From NCBI GenBank assembly GCA_023460175.1, contig JAEWRC010000104.1:52470-84469 (forward strand): 32,000 nucleotides of DNA, read 5' to 3'. Under the pieces are notes generated by a model. The model had not been told where the DNA came from, ran no database searches, and was given only the letters and a program-made list of their open reading frames with translations. A program made the position numbers and the translations under genes. Below are positions 14,652-21,699 of this stretch, one piece after another (the first letter of the stretch is position 1; each line of letters begins with the position of its first letter). The DNA comes from Actinomycetes bacterium (lineage in GTDB: Bacteria > Actinomycetota > Actinomycetes > Mycobacteriales > Mycobacteriaceae).

Positions 14652-15269
14652 GTCCACTATCCTTCTCGCGTTGTATACCGCGATCTGTCAAAGATGACCT
14701 GCAACCAGTTCTCCGGCGACGCCCGAAAGACATTGGTCACGAACCGTTCAAGCCATTCTCTCGACGCGCTCGGGGAACCTCCGAAGGAGGTACGAATACG
14801 AAATGAGGGGCGAGGTCGCACCGGGCGCACAAGGCTTTCTGCGGCCAGGCGGAGCTATCGTAGAAATTGCCACAGCGGTCACACCATGCTGCCATTCGTT
14901 TCCCTCCGACCACTTCGGCGAGCGAACCAATTCGAGTGCCCTTTCCCATATTCGGATGGCACACGCAGGATCTCTGTCGGGCGGTCCCTCGTCCCGCACT
15001 TCTGGCGACACTGCAATTCGGTGTGGGTTGCCGTCGTCGAGCAGCACCCAGGCACCGTGATGACGGCGCAGCCATCCTCAGCGGGACGAACGCGGATGGG
15101 TTCTGCCCGTATGGTTCTGCTGGGAGATGCGGCCATACCCGTCTCCTAATCCTGTGCGAGTGGAAACGAATTGCATCGGCCCGCGGCATTGGACGCCCGA
15201 ATAACTTGCAGACCAATAGATTCCGGGGTAGGCGGCGCCGGAGCAGACAGTTCGAGCGCGGGCATGGGA

Positions 15270-15656
15270 TCAGTCACGATCGCGGCTGACAAGGGTCTGC
15301 CAGTTGAAGCCGGGTGGTAGGTCGGTGGTCGGGGTTTGCAGCTGGGTGAGTTGGGCCGGGCCGGTGCTGCTGGATGCCGTGTGCTCTCGGTGCATTTCGG
15401 GCTGGTACAGCGCTATGTCGCGGACGCCGTCGCCGTGCAGGGCGAGCCATTGGGCGACCGGACCATCGCCGCGCGGTTCGGTCACGATCAGGCGCGCGGA
15501 TCCGTTGGTCAGCAGTACGCTGTATCGGTCGGGGTGTTCGGCGAGTGCGCGGGCGGTGAATGCGAAATCGCGGGTGAAGTTCTCCAGCGCCGGGACGGCG
15601 TCGGCGACATAGAGTTCCACGTAGGCGATCGAGCTGTCTGGGTGGTTCATGGACAT
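15270..15656 (-). CDS. VOC-superfamily protein, HPPD/HmaS-type N-terminal domain only (probably a truncated remnant)
   Basis: I-A-Y-V-E-L-Y-V-A-D-A...L-I-V-T-E-P...H-G-D-G-V-R-D-I-A-L resembles the first barrel of 4-hydroxyphenylpyruvate dioxygenase-like enzymes. Similarity stops after about 85 aa and the ORF ends at 128 aa. No second barrel was found downstream in any frame. Confidence 0.5.
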   Translation of the reverse strand: MSMNHPDSSIAYVELYVADAVPALENFTRDFAFTARALAEHPDRYSVLLTNGSARLIVTEPRGDGPVAQWLALHGDGVRDIALYQPEMHREHTASSSTGPAQLTQLQTPTTDLPPGFNWQTLVSRDRD

Positions 15657-15660
15657 TAGT

Positions 15661-16833
15661 TCACCTCAAAAATCGGAAGTACGACGTACGCGACCTGTTG
15701 ACGAATTTCCAGATCGATGACCGATGTCGGGTGTCCTTCCAGGCGGCTTCCCGGATGTAGTCGCCGATCTGGCGCAGCGAGCGGGAGGCCTCGGGGACCA
15801 CTGAGGCAAGCTGGAATGCGTGCATTTGGCCGGGCCAGACCCGCAGCTCGACGAGCACTCCGGCGGCCGCCAGCCGGTGGGCGGCCTTGCGGGCGTCGCT
15901 GACTAGGGCTTCGGATCCCGACACGTGGATCAGGGTGCGGGGAAGGCCGGGCTCGATGTGGTCGAGTGGCTCGTAGATCTGTTCGGGCGTGCCGTTGAGG
16001 ACGTGGCGTTCGGCAGCCTTGCCGATCAGCTCTGTCAGCGCGTGGAAGGCGCGCGGGGGAAACATCGCGTCGGTGTGGATGTTCGGGTGGTTGGCCCGGG
16101 TCTCATTGTCGATCTCGAACAGTGGCGAGATGGTGACCATCGCGGCGGGCTGCTCACCGTCGCGCAGCAGTCGTTGGGCCAGCGACAGCACCAGGTAGCC
16201 GCCGGCGGAGTCGCCGGCCAGCACGATCTGGTCTGGTTGGTAGCCCTGGCGGCGCAGCCACTGGTAGGCGTCGTAGCAGTCGTCGAGTGCCATGCCCAGC
16301 GAGTGTTTGGGGATCATGCGGTAGTTGACTACCAGCACCGGGGCGTTGGCGTGGGCGGACAGTGTGGTCACCAACGGGCCGTGCGAGTTCGCGCCGCACG
16401 TCAGGAACGCCCCGCCGTGCAGGTAGACGATGACGCTGCGGGTGCCGTCGGCGGGCAGTACGCCGGCGGCCCGGACAAGTTGCCCGGTGCAGTTCGGCAG
16501 GCCGATGGTGGCGCGAACGCTACCTGGAGTGGGCCGTCGGATTCGCGACCCGAAGTCGACCAGGCCCCACGGCCACGGCAGGTGAAGAACATGGCTGCCG
16601 AGTGCCAGCGTGGGCCGGATTGTCACCAGCGCGGCAAGCGCGGCCGCCCGTCCGGCGATGCTCGGACCGTCCTCGACGATCTCGACGATGGTGCCATCGC
16701 TGACTGGATATGTGCGGCGTTTGGGCGCTTTGCCCGCGCTGATTTCAGCGCGAGACGAACTGGAAATATCGACTGGCATCACGTTTTCCACCCTGCGGAC
16801 CCCTGGCTCGACGCCGACTTGCTGAGTGCTCAT
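15661..16833 (-). CDS. Alpha/beta-hydrolase fold-3 esterase/lipase (hormone-sensitive-lipase family)
   Basis: V-Y-L-H-G-G-A-F oxyanion motif (about 16405-16425) and G-D-S-A-G-G nucleophile motif (Ser codon 16207-16209). Its stop lies 4 nt before the VOC ORF start, so the two are probably co-transcribed. Confidence 0.85.
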   Translation of the reverse strand: MSTQQVGVEPGVRRVENVMPVDISSSSRAEISAGKAPKRRTYPVSDGTIVEIVEDGPSIAGRAAALAALVTIRPTLALGSHVLHLPWPWGLVDFGSRIRRPTPGSVRATIGLPNCTGQLVRAAGVLPADGTRSVIVYLHGGAFLTCGANSHGPLVTTLSAHANAPVLVVNYRMIPKHSLGMALDDCYDAYQWLRRQGYQPDQIVLAGDSAGGYLVLSLAQRLLRDGEQPAAMVTISPLFEIDNETRANHPNIHTDAMFPPRAFHALTELIGKAAERHVLNGTPEQIYEPLDHIEPGLPRTLIHVSGSEALVSDARKAAHRLAAAGVLVELRVWPGQMHAFQLASVVPEASRSLRQIGDYIREAAWKDTRHRSSIWKFVNRSRTSYFRFLR

Positions 16834-17077
16834 AGCACCGTTCCTTGGTGGTAAGCCCGCCTGGCCCGACGGGCGAGTAACGAAGGAATCGCTTGATCGA
16901 CGGTTAAGAACGATCGTTCGTGCGGTATTGCGACCTAGCGTACGACCGATCGTGCTGTGTTGTCAACATATTTGGAGTCAGCTGTCGCTTGCTACATGCC
17001 GTGTAGTCCGCCAATTCTTGCGCGAAATTGGTGCTAGCCAAGGGCGTGGTGCGCCCGATACGCTGTGTTTCGCATTA

Positions 17078-17096
17078 GTGCGATACACCGTGTACC
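17078..17096 (+). promoter_or_regulatory. Conserved upstream element GTGCGATACAYCGTGTAYC (copy 1)
   Basis: GTGCGATACACCGTGTACC lies 24 nt upstream of ATG 17121. A near-identical element lies upstream of the paralogous PE-like gene at 23287 (see 23319-23339). Confidence 0.4.
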
Positions 17097-17120
17097 TCAT
17101 CAACGGGAGGCGAGGCTCCG

Positions 17121-17398
17121 ATGGAATTCAAAGCTGTTCCCGCCGGCATGGCTGCGTTTACGGCGGCCGATAACGACGCGGCGGTCAAGATTTCCAGTGC
17201 CGGTTCGGCAGACACGGCGGCCATGCTGTATGCCGCCGCAGACGCATTAGGGCCGATGGGGGCGGCTATCTCAGCGTTTATTCGCGAGCCCAAGCCAACA
17301 ATCTCGCGGCCACCCGGCTTTTAGCGCGCGTCCACGCGGGAATCGGTGAGCACACGTTTGAGGCCAACGTAGCGATTCTGCGTCAAGAGGCTGGATGA
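17121..17398 (+). pseudogene. Frameshifted PE-like gene (paralog of 23003-23287)
   Basis: The first frame gives MEFKAVPAGMAAFTAA...SADTAAMLYAAADALGPMGA. From 17267 the +2 frame continues the homology (YLSVYSRAQANNLAATRLLARVHAGIGEH...EAG*, stop 17396-17398). The parent reads GCG CTC TAT where this copy reads GCG GC TAT, a 1-nt deletion near 17262-17267. Confidence 0.7.
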
Positions 17399-17527
17399 TG
17401 CCGACCGCCGCTGCTGAGAACGTCGATACTGGGAGGATTCGCATTGGCAACGCCAAGCATGCCGGTGTCAGCTGGCCAGGCGGTCGAGGTGGCGCAGATG
17501 GCCGCCGCGGACTTGTCTCTACTCGCG

Positions 17528-18205
17528 TCACTCGGTCGAAGGGTGGGCCTTGCCGGGTCGCGGTAAGACCTGCGTTGGGTTGACGTGGATGCCACTCTCG
17601 TGCAGGTGGTGCTCAATGATCAGCCAGCACTGAGTCGTGAGTCGGTCGATGAGGCGGTCGCGGTTCTCGCCACGCCGGTCCAGCCATCGCAACACCGAGG
17701 CGTCGACCAGACCGATGATGGCGACCAGCGTGCCCTCTGCGGAACCAGGGTCGTCCGCGAAACCAGGGAAGTAGCGGGCGCCGGCGGCGGCGAGGTCGGC
17801 CGCAAAATCGCTGCGGTCGGCGACGCGACCGTGGGTGGTGCGTTGATGACCGCGGCTGACCAGAAAGCGATACATGTTGGGATGCTCTTCTGCCCAGGTG
17901 ACTTGGGCCGCAATCGGTGCGCGTACCAGGTCGATCGGCGAGCCGGAGTGGTCGAGCCGACTAGTGACGGCCGCCCGCAACTCCCGGTAGGCGCGCCGCG
18001 AAAGCGCTTGGTCAAGGTCGTCTTTGCTGGCGAAATGGCGGTAAACATTGGGCCGGGCCACTCGTGCACGTTCGGCGATCTGAGCTGTCAACGCGCCTGG
18101 GCCGTGTTCTTCGATGGCGGCACTAGCCGCGGCAAGAATCGCGTCCCGTCGGTCCACTGCCCGAGCTTCGGCTCGTCCGGTGAGGGGAGTATCGGGGGCG
18201 CCCAC
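17528..18205 (-). CDS. TetR-family transcriptional regulator
   Basis: N-terminal HTH ...R-R-D-A-I-L-A-A-A-S-A-A-I-E-E-H-G...L-T-A-Q-I-A-E-R-A-R-V-A-R-P-N-V-Y-R-H-F-A-S-K-D-D-L. The ORF track extends to 18580, but that upstream part is low-complexity. GTG 18205 gives a typical length of about 225 aa; the start remains uncertain. Confidence 0.8.
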   Translation of the reverse strand: MGAPDTPLTGRAEARAVDRRDAILAAASAAIEEHGPGALTAQIAERARVARPNVYRHFASKDDLDQALSRRAYRELRAAVTSRLDHSGSPIDLVRAPIAAQVTWAEEHPNMYRFLVSRGHQRTTHGRVADRSDFAADLAAAGARYFPGFADDPGSAEGTLVAIIGLVDASVLRWLDRRGENRDRLIDRLTTQCWLIIEHHLHESGIHVNPTQVLPRPGKAHPSTE

Positions 18206-18689
18206 CTGTCCAGGGTAGCTCCATGACCTGGCGTATCGCCCGACGGTCAGCGACGATGGGGTCGCGCGAGGGTTGCGGGTCGGGGTGCGGTCATTGTTGC
18301 GCTGGCGCCACGGGGCGATATGCGCGCCCCGTCGGTAACATGACGCTCGGCATCTGTAACACGGAGGTTGTAGGTGCTGATTCGGACGATGCCGCATCCT
18401 ACAGAAGAACGCTGCCCTGGGGCTTGTGCAACCGGTAGTGGCATCCCCGGCACCCGACACGAGATGCTCGTCGTCGAACACCGCCCGACGACGCAGCGAA
18501 CCTATGGGACACTTGCACCGGAAGTGCCTTTCTGAACGAGGGCTGATCGAAGTGTGGTAACTCCAATCATCCCAGTTCAAGGGCGCTTTCCTGATATCAA
18601 CACCGCCCGACCAGCCACTTCATCGGTGGATCGAGGCTTAGCCCTGCGGACGCGGGCCGAACTGTTGGCCAGCGTGAACGTGCTTCGGG

Positions 18690-18739
18690 ATCTACACCAG
18701 GGCTTGTGATTCATCGAATTTCGCAGCCCTGGTGTAGAT
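18690..18739 (-). terminator. Perfect 14-bp inverted repeat (possible terminator of the esx operon, or an operator)
   Basis: ATCTACACCAGGGC (18690-18703) and GCCCTGGTGTAGAT (18726-18739) are separated by a 22-nt spacer, about 45 nt downstream of the esxA-like stop. There is no U-tract. Confidence 0.35.
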
Positions 18740-18782
18740 TTCACTGGCGCAAGAGCTCCAGTAGCGTCACTCCTATTGATTG

Positions 18783-19070
18783 TCAGAAGCCGCCGGCCAA
18801 GCGGGCGTCGAGCCCAGCTGCGTCTTCCTGCGACTGGTTGCCGCGCTGCCGGGTCTGGGTGATCTCGTTGAGAACTGTGTCCATTTGCTGCGAGATCTGA
18901 ATCTGCTTCTCTTGCAGCGCCATAGCAGCTTGGCCGTCATAGACGCCCTGCAGCGCGACGAAGACCTGGTTGACCTCTTCACGCATCGCTTGAGCGTTGT
19001 TGGTCGCACCCTGGATGTCGTCCAGTCCGGCGTAGTTGGCGGCGTACTGATAGCGGATCATGTCGCTCAT
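18783..19070 (-). CDS. WXG100-family protein, EsxA/EsxH-like (95 aa), WXG replaced by Y-D-G
   Basis: Its size, position as the second gene of a pair, and N-terminus M-S-D-M-I-R-Y-Q-Y-A-A-N-Y-A-G-L-D-D-I-Q-G resemble EsxA/EsxH N-termini. The central turn reads G-V-Y-D-G-Q (18933-18941). Confidence 0.75.
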   Translation of the reverse strand: MSDMIRYQYAANYAGLDDIQGATNNAQAMREEVNQVFVALQGVYDGQAAMALQEKQIQISQQMDTVLNEITQTRQRGNQSQEDAAGLDARLAGGF

Positions 19071-19088
19071 TGTCGAACCCCTTTTCGT

Positions 19089-19355
19089 TTAGGCGCTGTC
19101 GTTTTGGACGTGGGCGATGATGTCGGACTTACCTTTCTCGACAACCTGCTGCAGGTTGTTGAGGACCGCGCTGAAATCCTCGTGGTGCTGCGCCATGAGC
19201 TTGCGAAACATCAGCGCCCTGCTGCCCTGCCAGGAGCTGGACATCGCCTCTGTGGAGTCGAGAATCTTGTTGGCCAGATCCCTGACTTGCATCATCTCGC
19301 TGTCGATTTGATTGATCTTCGCATCAGCCTCGGTCTGTGAAAGATTGAGCTGCAT
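19089..19355 (-). CDS. WXG100-family protein, EsxB/EsxG-like (88 aa)
   Basis: Central S-S-W-Q-G (W-Q-G at 19224-19232). An AGAGGAAG RBS lies just upstream of ATG 19355. It ends 18 nt before the partner gene. Confidence 0.8.
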   Translation of the reverse strand: MQLNLSQTEADAKINQIDSEMMQVRDLANKILDSTEAMSSSWQGSRALMFRKLMAQHHEDFSAVLNNLQQVVEKGKSDIIAHVQNDSA

Positions 19356-19429
19356 AACTTCCTCTCATATCAGTTCCGGAGTGTATCGCCGGATGGCGGT
19401 GGAGAATTCACGACAAAAGCACTGTTGTG

Positions 19430-20242
19430 CTAGAGCTCCTCCCATCTCTCGGTGGAAAGCTCGACGAGTTGACTGATCGCCTGCTTGATGGTGTGGTCGG
19501 ACCCCGACTTCACGGTGGTCCACAACTGGCCGCTCGGAGACGCGCTAGGCGCACCGACGATGCGTCCGCGTTTGGTGTAAAAGACGCCAACGGCACTACG
19601 GCAGCGAGAGATCCGGTCCTCTTCATTGTCAAGCGTGTAGTAGACGATCTCCGCGAAGGCCATCCGGTTTGCGAGCGCCGAGCCGAGCTGCATCGCGGTA
19701 CGCGGTTCAGCACCAAGTGCACGGATGCGGTCGGACAACAGAATCGCGTCATGAGTATCGGACAGGGCTTGGGCGACCGCATCGATTGGCCCGCCGACTG
19801 GGAGTATCTCTGCCGCAGCGGACGTGGGCAAGTGACGCATCAGGGCGCGGGCGGCCGCGGACAGGGTCGCCGGCGCGTCCTCGCCGTCCAGTGTGACCTC
19901 GTTGCCGATTCGTCGGGCCGAAATGCACTGCCGGCCATGTCGCACGACCGCGACCCGGGCCGTCCCGTTCGGGGTGACGAAGCGCATCGCCAGTTCCCGC
20001 TCGGGCCGTTGCAGGGCGCGCAGCAGCGGGACTACTTCGGTTGCGACTTCCCCGTCGCGGATCAGGTCTCGATCGGAAAGCGAGCGGGTAGCAAAGTCGG
20101 CCGCCATAGCGAGGGCCGTTTCCGTGTCGTGCTGCGGCCGCAAGCCCAAGACGACCGGCAACGTCTGAACATCTACACGAGATGCGAGAACCTGAATTTC
20201 GTCGACGGTGCCGACGAAATGGGGCGTGAGTGCGGCGGTCAC
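19430..20242 (-). CDS. espG: EspG-family ESX chaperone
   Basis: The 270-aa product has ...L-P-V-V-L-G-L-R-P..., R-E-L-A-M-R-F-V and ...G-R-I-V-G-A-P...G-Q-L-W-T-T-V-K-S-G, matching the conserved EspG pattern. Its GTG start overlaps the upstream stop (GTGA, 20239-20242). Confidence 0.8.
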   Translation of the reverse strand: MTAALTPHFVGTVDEIQVLASRVDVQTLPVVLGLRPQHDTETALAMAADFATRSLSDRDLIRDGEVATEVVPLLRALQRPERELAMRFVTPNGTARVAVVRHGRQCISARRIGNEVTLDGEDAPATLSAAARALMRHLPTSAAAEILPVGGPIDAVAQALSDTHDAILLSDRIRALGAEPRTAMQLGSALANRMAFAEIVYYTLDNEEDRISRCRSAVGVFYTKRGRIVGAPSASPSGQLWTTVKSGSDHTIKQAISQLVELSTERWEEL

Positions 20243-21315
20243 AGGTTGAGCGCCCGATCGATCCCGATCACCGGAGGAGCCACCCAGCGGTCGTCTACAT
20301 TTTCAAGGGTGCGCTCCGGTTCGCCGGCGAAACCCTCGTCGGCCGGAGCCTCGGGCACCGCCAGCTCGTCGAAGACCGCGGTGTTGGGTCCCCAACTGAC
20401 ACTGGACACCATGAAGGGTGCTTCGTTCTGCTCGGCCGTCGGCAGCCATCCATGCTCCGAGTCGGACAGCCCCGCTCCCGGTTCGCCGGCGCCGACCAGC
20501 TTCCCTGCCGGTTGTGTCGATTCATAGTCGCCGCCCTGATTGCCGCGTCCCATGGCGCCCATTGGCGCGAAGGGGGCGCCGCGCATCCCGGTACCGCCTG
20601 CGGAGCCGGCCTCTGCGCTGAAGCCGGTCTTCGGCAAGTTCTTCGGATCGGCGGTGGACCTGACTTGCTGGGCCAGCATCGGCGCAAGTGGGATCGCAGG
20701 CGCTGCGCCACCTCCTGCACCGCCGCTGGCCGACTGGCACTCGGTGCTCCGTTCGGTTCGCAGGGCGTTCCCCTTGGACACCTGGGGCGGTTGGGGCTGC
20801 TCCCACGGCTGGGCCAGCTGGGAGACGGCCTCCTCGTACTGGGTCATGACGGCGGCGGCGTTGGCCTGATCGGCGGTGGCCGCTTCGTCGAACTCGGCGA
20901 AGCGGCCCGTGAGCACCGTGCCGTTGTAGGCGGCCAGCGACGCCATCATGTCCTGCGCGGCCTTGGCCTCCATCGCTTCGGACACGCTGGGCATGGCCAG
21001 CACAGCGACGGTGTGGGCGACGGCGGCCTCTGCGGCTCGCTGGCCGTTGGCGGCGGCGTTGAGGCTGATTGCCTGCAGCCATTTGCCGAACTCTTCGAGG
21101 CGCCCAAGTGCCGCGCCGGACGCATGGCTTTCCCACGCGGTCCGTAGACGTACCAAAAGCTTATCGAAATCAGTTGACACACCGGCAAGTTCGTTGGCCA
21201 CCCGCACCCAGGCGGCACCAGCTCCGCCCACCGATGCCGGTCCCGGTCCGTCAGTGAGGTCACGAGCTAGCTGTTCGGTGGAACGCGAGGCCCACACGAT
21301 ATTGGTGAAACCCAT
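20239..21315 (-). CDS. PPE-like protein with degenerate PPE motif and Gly/Ala/Pro-rich C-terminal half (358 aa)
   Basis: The N-terminal roughly 180 aa follows the PPE helical pattern (..W-A-S-R-S-T-E-Q-L-A-R-D-L-T-D-G-P-G-P...A-A-W...W-E-S...M-T-Q-Y-E-E-A), but R-S-T occupies the P-P-E position. It sits downstream of a PE-like gene and ends ...D-D-R-W-V-A-P-P-V-I-G-I-D-R-A-L-N-L. Confidence 0.7.
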   Translation of the reverse strand: MGFTNIVWASRSTEQLARDLTDGPGPASVGGAGAAWVRVANELAGVSTDFDKLLVRLRTAWESHASGAALGRLEEFGKWLQAISLNAAANGQRAAEAAVAHTVAVLAMPSVSEAMEAKAAQDMMASLAAYNGTVLTGRFAEFDEAATADQANAAAVMTQYEEAVSQLAQPWEQPQPPQVSKGNALRTERSTECQSASGGAGGGAAPAIPLAPMLAQQVRSTADPKNLPKTGFSAEAGSAGGTGMRGAPFAPMGAMGRGNQGGDYESTQPAGKLVGAGEPGAGLSDSEHGWLPTAEQNEAPFMVSSVSWGPNTAVFDELAVPEAPADEGFAGEPERTLENVDDRWVAPPVIGIDRALNL

Positions 21316-21370
21316 GCTGAGACCTCCCTTCGTCGATCAGCAAATATCCTGCACGTGTCGCCGGTGGCGA

Positions 21371-21667
21371 CTAGACGACGAAGTCGTCGTCGGCGGCCAC
21401 CATGTTCTCCGAATATGCGCGCAATGTCGCAGCCACCTCGTGCATCTCCCTGAGTCCTTGATCGGCGGCAGCGCCGACGGACGCATGCACTTCGTTGAGG
21501 GTCCCCGCCACGCGCTGAGACACTTCGTCGCGGCCCGGGGCCGTCACTGTGAGATTGGGTGCCTCGTCCTGCATTACGCGTTGGATCCGCCCCGCGAGCT
21601 CGTCAATCTGTCTGGTGACCTCCAGCACCTCGGTAGGCTGGATCGACATCCCGGCGCTATCGGCCAT
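21371..21667 (-). CDS. PE-like protein (98 aa, PE35-like)
   Basis: Its size, the A-P-G-R-D-E-V-S-Q-R-V-A segment (compare the PE-family A-A-D-E-V-S) and the C-terminal L-R-A-Y-S-E-N-M-V-A-A-D-D-D support the call. It is immediately upstream of the PPE-like gene. Confidence 0.65.
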   Translation of the reverse strand: MADSAGMSIQPTEVLEVTRQIDELAGRIQRVMQDEAPNLTVTAPGRDEVSQRVAGTLNEVHASVGAAADQGLREMHEVAATLRAYSENMVAADDDFVV

Positions 21668-21699
21668 TGGTCGTTCTCCTCTCTTCTTCAGTGGGACAA

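Noticed and set aside
14777-14791. Small hairpin ACCTCC-GAA-GGAGGT. On the minus strand it reads ACCUCCUUCGGAGGU, with a UUCG-type loop, upstream of the whiB-like gene.
   Set aside because: It has only a 6-bp stem and no U-tract. It is attractive as a piece of a whiB7-type attenuator, but far too little evidence is available from sequence alone.
14748-15047. 99-aa minus-strand ORF (MLLDDGNPHRIAVSPEVRDEGPPDRD...) and overlapping ORFs between the whiB-like gene and the VOC fragment.
   Set aside because: There is no recognisable motif, only a GTG start, no convincing RBS, and three mutually overlapping alternatives. It cannot be supported as a gene. The region may instead be the whiB leader or decayed sequence.
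16918-16929. Perfect 12-bp palindrome GAACGATCGTTC in the esterase / PE-pseudogene intergenic region.
   Set aside because: It is a single short palindrome containing the common CGATCG core. No second copy or adjacent cognate regulator can be tied to it from sequence alone.
17395-17583. 62-aa ORF after the PE-like pseudogene, a possible remnant of the 429-aa substrate gene.
   Set aside because: Only the M-P start and a faint G-Q-x-V / L-S-L-L similarity in another frame are seen. It overlaps the 3' end of the TetR gene. It is not supportable as a gene or a defined pseudogene, and is mentioned only within the pseudogene finding.
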